A stretch of 54,155 nucleotides of DNA from an uncultured Enterobacter sp. Its GTDB lineage: Bacteria > Pseudomonadota > Gammaproteobacteria > Enterobacterales > Enterobacteriaceae. The notes below the pieces were generated by a model. The model was not told where the DNA came from, made no database searches, and saw nothing but the letters and a program-made list of their open reading frames with translations. The stretch spans positions 1-54,155 of the forward strand of contig CAMKZP010000001.1 of the NCBI GenBank assembly GCA_946477805.1, given 5' to 3'. The translations under genes and the position numbers were made by a program. Each line of letters opens with the position of its first letter. Position 1 is the stretch's first letter. Of the stretch, positions 48,511-54,155 are shown piece after piece.

Positions 48511-49713
48511 TCAGCCAAATAGGGGCAGCATCAGGTAAAGCTTGATGACTATCGCGTTCACAATATCAATAAAGAAAGCCCCCACCATCGGCACCACCAG
48601 AAACGCGATGTGCGACGGTCCAAAACGTTCGGTTATGGCCTGCATATTGGCGATCGCCGTGGGCGTTGCCCCCAGACCAAACCCGCAATGCCCTGCCGCT
48701 AACACTGCCGCATCGTAATTTCTACCCATCACCCGCCAGGTCACAAAGATGGCGTAAAACGCCATGAACAGGGTTTGCACCAGCAGGATGGCGAAGATGG
48801 GCAACGCCAGCGACGCCAGCTCCCACAGCTTCAGGCTCATCAGCGCCATCGCCAGGAAAAGCGACAGGCAGACGTTTCCCATCACCGACACTGCGCGTTC
48901 AAAAACGCGATAAAAACCAAGGAGCGCCAGCCCGTTGCTCAGCACCACGCCCACGAAAAGCACGCAGACGAAGGTGGGCAGCTCAAGCACCGTACCTGAC
49001 AACCATTGCGCAATCACCTTTCCCAGGGTCAGGCAGAGGGCAATTAACGCAATGGTCTCAATCAGCACCAGCGAGGAGATGGTGCGTTCGGCGTCCGGCT
49101 TTTCAAACGTCGTGGGCGCCACTTTATCGTCGGGTATGCCCTGTGGCGTCGGAGAATGTTTCACCAGATAGCGGGCCACCGGTCCACCCAGCAGGCCGCC
49201 TAAAATGAGACCAAAGGTGGCGCAGGCCATCGCCACTTCCATCGCATTTTGAAACCCGTACTGCTCAACGAAAACCTCGCTCCAGGCGGCTCCCGTTCCG
49301 TGACCGCCAAGCAGCGTCACAGAGCCGGCGAGCAGGCCCATCAGCGGGTCCAGGCCAAGCAGATACGCCATGCTGAGGCCAATCACGTTTTGCATCAGTA
49401 AAAGGCCGATCACCACCAGCAGAAAAACCCCCAGCACTTTCCCGCCGGACCGCAAACTGGCCAGATTCGCATTCAGGCCAATGGTGGCAAAGAACGCTAG
49501 CATCAGCGGGTCCCGGAGCGACATATCGAAATCAATTTCAAGATCCATGCTCTTTTTCAATACCAGAAGCGCAATGGCCGCCAGCAAACCGCCCGCGACC
49601 GGCTCCGGAATGGTGTATTTCTTCAGCAACGAAATGCTGTGCACCAGTTTTCGCCCCAGCAAAAGCACCAGCGTTGCGGCAACAAGGGTGGTCAAGGTAT
49701 CGAGATGGATCAT
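48511..49713 (-). CDS. gltS: Sodium/glutamate symporter
   Basis: IPEPVAGG, GGHGTG and GHCGFGLGATPTAIANM motifs; recG-gltS-xanP synteny. Confidence 0.95.
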   Translation of the reverse strand: MIHLDTLTTLVAATLVLLLGRKLVHSISLLKKYTIPEPVAGGLLAAIALLVLKKSMDLEIDFDMSLRDPLMLAFFATIGLNANLASLRSGGKVLGVFLLVVIGLLLMQNVIGLSMAYLLGLDPLMGLLAGSVTLLGGHGTGAAWSEVFVEQYGFQNAMEVAMACATFGLILGGLLGGPVARYLVKHSPTPQGIPDDKVAPTTFEKPDAERTISSLVLIETIALIALCLTLGKVIAQWLSGTVLELPTFVCVLFVGVVLSNGLALLGFYRVFERAVSVMGNVCLSLFLAMALMSLKLWELASLALPIFAILLVQTLFMAFYAIFVTWRVMGRNYDAAVLAAGHCGFGLGATPTAIANMQAITERFGPSHIAFLVVPMVGAFFIDIVNAIVIKLYLMLPLFG

Positions 49714-49869
49714 AGGTGGCTCCTGTTATGCACACGCGGCCCGCTGACGCGGCATTACCCTGGACGATTAGCGCTCTTCATGAGCTCATCTTTGAAAAGT
49801 GTAGGGGACTTTCTGATATCAATATGAAAAAAGCCATACCCCTCTGGTGGCTATTACATTTATTTTCGC

Positions 49870-49885
49870 TAGCAATCGTTTGCTT
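49870..49885. promoter_or_regulatory. PurR operator overlapping the xanP -35 element
   Basis: TAGCAATCGTTTGCTT fits GCAAnCGTTTGC; TTGCTT-16 bp-TAAAAT promoter (49880-49907). Confidence 0.75.
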
Positions 49886-49937
49886 TTACCAGGTGGTCAG
49901 CTAAAATGCCCGCTTTTCCACCGTGGGATCGCCGCCG

Positions 49938-51329
49938 ATGTCCGTTAATACCTTAGAGTCCGCCGATGCGCAACCGATTGCGCATAAGCATAACAGCGAA
50001 TTAATTTACCGCCTTGAAGACCGTCCGCCGCTGCCGCAGACGCTGTTCGCTGCCTGCCAGCACCTTCTGGCGATGTTTGTTGCGGTGATCACGCCAGCGC
50101 TGCTGATCTGCCAGGCGCTCGGGTTACCGGCACAGGACACTCAGCACATCATCAGCATGTCCCTCTTCGCCTCCGGCGTCGCCTCTGTCATTCAGATCAA
50201 AGCCTGGGGGCCGGTGGGCTCGGGATTGCTCTCGATTCAGGGTACCAGTTTCAACTTTGTCGCCCCGCTGATCATGGGCGGCACGGCGCTCAAAACCGGC
50301 GGTGCGGACGTTCCAACCATGATGGCGGCACTGTTCGGCACGCTGATGCTGGCCAGCTGCACGGAGATGGCGATCTCCCGCGTTCTCCACCTCGCGCGCC
50401 GCGTGATCACGCCGCTGGTCTCCGGCGTGGTGGTGATGATTATCGGCCTGTCGCTGATTCAGGTGGGTCTGACCTCTATTGGCGGCGGATATGCGGCAAT
50501 GAGCGACCACACCTTCGGCGCACCGAAAAACCTGCTGCTGGCAGGCGTGGTGCTGGCGATCATTATTCTGCTTAACCGTCAGCGTAACCCATACCTGCGC
50601 GTGGCCTCGCTGGTCATTGCGATGGCGGCCGGCTACCTGTTGGCCTGGGCGCTGGATATGCTGCCGCAAAATACCGCCCCGACGAATGCCGCGCTGATCG
50701 CGATCCCAACGCCGCTCTATTACGGCCTGGGCATTGACTGGGGTCTGCTGCTGCCGCTGATGCTGGTCTTTATGATCACCTCTCTGGAAACCATCGGTGA
50801 TATCACCGCAACCTCTGACGTCTCTGAACAGCCGGTTTCTGGCCCGCTGTATATGAAGCGCCTGAAAGGCGGCGTGCTGGCAAACGGCCTGAACTCGTTT
50901 GTCTCTGCGGTTTTCAACACCTTCCCGAACTCCTGCTTCGGCCAGAACAACGGCGTGATCCAGCTGACCGGCGTTGCCAGCCGTTACGTTGGCTTTGTGG
51001 TGGCGCTGATGCTGATCGTTCTCGGCCTGTTCCCGGCGGTAAGCGGCTTTGTGCAGCATATTCCTGAGCCGGTTCTCGGCGGCGCGACGCTGGTAATGTT
51101 CGGCACCATCGCGGCCTCGGGCGTGCGTATCGTCTCCCGCGAGCCGCTGAACCGCCGGGCGATCATGATTATCGCGCTGTCCCTGGCCGTCGGCCTGGGC
51201 GTGTCCCAGCAGCCTCTGATCCTGCAGTTTGCGCCGGACTGGGTGAAAAACCTGCTCTCTTCCGGCATCGCGGCTGGCGGTATTACCGCTATCGTTCTGA
51301 ATCTCGTTTTCCCGCCTGAAAAGAACTGA
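49938..51329 (+). CDS. xanP: Xanthine permease (NCS2/NAT family)
   Basis: QH motif in TM1 and NAT signature [12 protein letters not shown]. Confidence 0.95.
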   Translation: MSVNTLESADAQPIAHKHNSELIYRLEDRPPLPQTLFAACQHLLAMFVAVITPALLICQALGLPAQDTQHIISMSLFASGVASVIQIKAWGPVGSGLLSIQGTSFNFVAPLIMGGTALKTGGADVPTMMAALFGTLMLASCTEMAISRVLHLARRVITPLVSGVVVMIIGLSLIQVGLTSIGGGYAAMSDHTFGAPKNLLLAGVVLAIIILLNRQRNPYLRVASLVIAMAAGYLLAWALDMLPQNTAPTNAALIAIPTPLYYGLGIDWGLLLPLMLVFMITSLETIGDITATSDVSEQPVSGPLYMKRLKGGVLANGLNSFVSAVFNTFPNSCFGQNNGVIQLTGVASRYVGFVVALMLIVLGLFPAVSGFVQHIPEPVLGGATLVMFGTIAASGVRIVSREPLNRRAIMIIALSLAVGLGVSQQPLILQFAPDWVKNLLSSGIAAGGITAIVLNLVFPPEKN

Positions 51330-51335
51330 TCCCCT

Positions 51336-51364
51336 TCACGGCAGGCGGCCAATGCCTGCCGTGA
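51336..51364. other. Perfect 11-bp stem-loop after xanP (weak U tail)
   Basis: TCACGGCAGGC-GGCCAAT-GCCTGCCGTGA. Confidence 0.6.
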
Positions 51365-51448
51365 CATCTCTTTACACCATTCCCGCCTTGAGGATTGCGC
51401 ATAAATCGTGCATAACTCCTGTATGTGCGTTTCACGGGATGGAAGACC

Positions 51449-53152
51449 ATGAAATTTATTGGAAAGCTGCTCGTCTATCTTCTTATCGCCCTGCTCATGG
51501 TGGCGCTGGCGTTTTATATCCTGCTCCAGACCCGCTGGGGCGCTTCACAGGTCAGCAGCTGGATCACGGTGAATACCGATTACGAACTCAATTTCGACCT
51601 GATGGACCACCGCTTTTCATCGCCTTCCCACATCATTCTGGAAAACGTCACCTTTGGTCGTGACGGCAAGCCCGCCACGCTGGTCGCCAAAAAGGTCGAC
51701 ATTGGCTTAAGCAGCCGTCAGGTGACCGACCCGCTGCACATGGACGCCATCACGCTGTTCGATGGCACGCTGAATCTCTCTCCGCAGACCGCGCCGCTGC
51801 CGTTCCAGGCGGACCGACTGCAGCTCAACAATATGGCGTTTAACAGCCCGAACACCGAATGGGATCTCAGCGCGCAGAAAGTCACCGGCGGCGTCAGCCC
51901 GTGGCAGCCAGAAGCGGGCAACGTGCTGGGCAAAAATGCGCAGATCCAGATGAGCGCAGGCTCGCTCACCCTTAACGGCGTACCGGCCAGTAACGTCCTG
52001 ATTCAGGGCCAGCTCAACGGCAAAGAGGTGGTGCTCACTACCATCGGCGCCGATATGGCGCGCGGCTCGCTCACCGGCTCGGCCCTGCGTAACGCCGATG
52101 GCGGCTGGATTATCGACTCAATGCGCTTAAATGATATTCGCCTGCAGAGCGAGAAATCACTGATGGATTTCTTCGCCCCCATCACCACGCTCCCCTCTCT
52201 ACAGATTGGTCGGCTGGAGGTGACCGATGCGCGCCTGCAGGGGCCCGACTGGGCGGTGACCGACCTCGATTTAAGCCTGCGCAACCTGACGCTGAGTAAA
52301 GGCGACTGGCAAAGCCAGGAGGGACGTTTGTCCATGAATGCCAGCGAGTTTATCTACGGTTCGCTGCATCTTTTCGACCCTATTTTGAATGCTGAATTCT
52401 CCCCTCGGGGCATCGCGCTGCGTCAGTTCACTTCCCGGTGGGAAGGCGGCATGGTGCGTACCTCGGGTAACTGGCTGCGTGACGGTAAAACCCTGGTGCT
52501 GGACGATGCCGCCATCGCCGGCCTGGAATACACGCTGCCCGAAAACTGGAAAACGCTGTGGATGGACCGGCTGCCGGAATGGCTGAACGGAGTGACGCTG
52601 AAAAAATTTGGCCTGAGCCGCAATCTGGTGATTGATATCGACCCAACCTTCCCGTGGCAGATCACCTCTTTTGATGGCTACGGCGCGAACCTGCAGCTGG
52701 CTAAGGACAGGCAGTGGGGCGTGTGGGGAGGCAGCGCCACGCTGAACGGCGCGGCGGCCACCTTTAACCGCGTGGACGTGCGTCGCCCGTCGCTGGCGCT
52801 GAACGCTAACGCGGCGACGGTGAATATCACCGACCTGAGCGCGTTTACTGAGAAAGGTATTCTGGAGGCTACCGCCACCGTGTCGCAGCTCCCGCAGCGG
52901 CAGGTCACGGTTAGCCTGAACGGGCGCGGTGTACCGCTGAACGTGCTGCAGCAGTGGGGCTGGCCAGCGCTGCCGATCTCTGGCGACGGCAATATTCAGC
53001 TTACCGCCAGCGGCAGCGTGCAGGCCAGCGCGCCGCTGAAGCCAACGGTGAACGGCAAGCTGAACGCGGTGAATATGGATAAACAGCAGGTGCAGCAGAC
53101 GATGGCGGGTGGCGTGGTGTCAACACAACCCTCACCCCAGCCCTCTCCCTGA
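51449..53152 (+). CDS. yicH: AsmA-family protein YicH
   Basis: MKFIGKLL N-terminal TM anchor followed by beta-rich body; xanP-yicH-yicI synteny. Confidence 0.92.
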   Translation: MKFIGKLLVYLLIALLMVALAFYILLQTRWGASQVSSWITVNTDYELNFDLMDHRFSSPSHIILENVTFGRDGKPATLVAKKVDIGLSSRQVTDPLHMDAITLFDGTLNLSPQTAPLPFQADRLQLNNMAFNSPNTEWDLSAQKVTGGVSPWQPEAGNVLGKNAQIQMSAGSLTLNGVPASNVLIQGQLNGKEVVLTTIGADMARGSLTGSALRNADGGWIIDSMRLNDIRLQSEKSLMDFFAPITTLPSLQIGRLEVTDARLQGPDWAVTDLDLSLRNLTLSKGDWQSQEGRLSMNASEFIYGSLHLFDPILNAEFSPRGIALRQFTSRWEGGMVRTSGNWLRDGKTLVLDDAAIAGLEYTLPENWKTLWMDRLPEWLNGVTLKKFGLSRNLVIDIDPTFPWQITSFDGYGANLQLAKDRQWGVWGGSATLNGAAATFNRVDVRRPSLALNANAATVNITDLSAFTEKGILEATATVSQLPQRQVTVSLNGRGVPLNVLQQWGWPALPISGDGNIQLTASGSVQASAPLKPTVNGKLNAVNMDKQQVQQTMAGGVVSTQPSPQPSP

Positions 53153-53278
53153 AAGGGAGAGGGAGCAAACCGAACCCTCTCCCTTTCAGGGAGAGGGAGT
53201 AAAACGTACCCTCGCCACTTTTAGGGAGAGAGCGTAAACGTTCCCTCTCCCCTTTGGGGAGAGGGTTAGGGTGAGGGG
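53129..53278. repeat. boxC-type palindromic repeat element (four hairpin units, inverted terminal tails)
   Basis: CCCTCTCCC-N5-GGGAGAGGG-type units starting at 53141, 53175, 53209 and 53243, flanked by CCCTCACCCCAG and TTAGGGTGAGGGG. Confidence 0.85.
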
Positions 53279-53280
53279 AA

Positions 53281-54155
53281 TTAAAGGTGAACCACCACCT
53301 CATTCCCCTCGGCTTTGACCACCACGCCCCACTCGCTGCCCGCGTGTGAACCGCCTTTGACGCCGCCGATTTTCTGTACATTACGCAAGCAGACGGACCA
53401 GCCCCGCGCCGCGCCTGTTCCCGTAATGGTCACCGTATCGCCCTGACGCGACGCCTTCAGCGTAAACGCCACGGAACCGTCAGCCGCAGGCACTTCGCTG
53501 GCCGCCGTTGCGCCATCGCTCAGGTTAAACAGCTGGAAGGCAGTACCTTCGTTCCACGCATAGTCCGGCTTCTGGCTGTTGCTGCCCAGCGCCAGCAGGG
53601 TGTTATCGCGCACGTAAACCGGCAGGCTCATGAAGTCATGCTGCTGTTTATGCCAGCGGCTGCCCTGAATGTCATCGTTATGCCACAGATGCGTCCAGCG
53701 GCCTTCCGGCAGGTAGAACTGCACGTCACCCGCCTCGGAAAACACCGGCGCAACCATCACCGAATCCCCCAGCATGTACTGACGGTCAAGGTAATCGCAC
53801 GCCGGATCGTCCGGGAACTCCAGCATCATCGCGCGCAGCATCGGCGTGCCGAACTCACGCGCCAGCGCGGCCTGGCGATAAAGATACGGCATCATCCGGC
53901 ATTTCAGCTGCGTGAAGTGGCGCACCACGTCGCAGGACTCGTCATCGTACGCCCACGGCACGCGGTAGGATTTGCTGCCGTGCAGGCGGCTGTGGCTCGA
54001 GAACAGCCCGAACGCGCACCAGCGCTTGTAGACGTGGGCCGGCGCGGTGTTTTCGAAACCGCCGATATCGTGGCTCCAGAAACCGAAGCCGGACAGACCA
54101 ATCGACAGCCCGCCGCGCAGGCTTTCCGCCATCGATTCATAGTTGGCGTAGCAGT
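53281..54155 (-). CDS. yicI: Alpha-xylosidase (GH31), C-terminal part; start lies beyond the window
   Basis: FWSHDIGGF catalytic motif, SSHSRLHG, QYMLGD; synteny with yicH. Confidence 0.95.
   Translation of the reverse strand, partial: CYANYESMAESLRGGLSIGLSGFGFWSHDIGGFENTAPAHVYKRWCAFGLFSSHSRLHGSKSYRVPWAYDDESCDVVRHFTQLKCRMMPYLYRQAALAREFGTPMLRAMMLEFPDDPACDYLDRQYMLGDSVMVAPVFSEAGDVQFYLPEGRWTHLWHNDDIQGSRWHKQQHDFMSLPVYVRDNTLLALGSNSQKPDYAWNEGTAFQLFNLSDGATAASEVPAADGSVAFTLKASRQGDTVTITGTGAARGWSVCLRNVQKIGGVKGGSHAGSEWGVVVKAEGNEVVVHL

Noticed and set aside
53129-53278. Possible mini CRISPR array (regularly spaced palindromic repeats)
   Set aside because: Linkers are only 10-11 bp and resemble each other, the repeats vary, the ends are inverted, and there is no leader or cas gene in the window
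53001-53381. 126-aa minus-strand ORF spanning the repeat element
   Set aside because: Its sequence (SPHPNPLPKGERE...) is just translated repeat and it overlaps both yicH and yicI

Overview
Core chromosomal region of an enterobacterium, most likely the Enterobacter cloacae complex (inferred from protein sequences, REP style and waa layout). Gene order: rho(partial)-trxA-rhlB-gppA-rep-ppiC | cysE-gpsA-secB-grxC-yibN-gpmI-envC-yibQ-[GT2/GT9 pair]-tdh-kbl-waa LPS core cluster (hldD, waaF, waaC, GT9, GT2, waaL, wabN-like, waaQ, wabG, wabH, GT2, waaA, waaE)-coaD-mutM-rpmG-rpmB-radC-coaBC-dut-slmA-pyrE-rph-yicC-yicG-ligB-gmk-rpoZ-spoT-trmH-recG-gltS-xanP-yicH-yicI(partial). I see no integrase, transposase, prophage, rRNA, tRNA, CRISPR-Cas or defence system, so I cannot support a wholly new multi-gene system here. 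Best leads: (1) a 150-bp boxC-type element with four hairpins at exact 34-bp periodicity and G-quadruplex motifs at both ends, which also supplies the yicH stop codon; (2) a ppiC/cysE junction implying a large inversion relative to E. coli; (3) a signal-peptide-like N-terminus on DNA ligase LigB; (4) clustered substitutions in the EnvC LytM domain; (5) accessory AT-rich LPS glycosyltransferases, including a divergent GT2/GT9 pair with an RcsAB-like box. All comparisons to E. coli or Klebsiella are from memory, not from searches.
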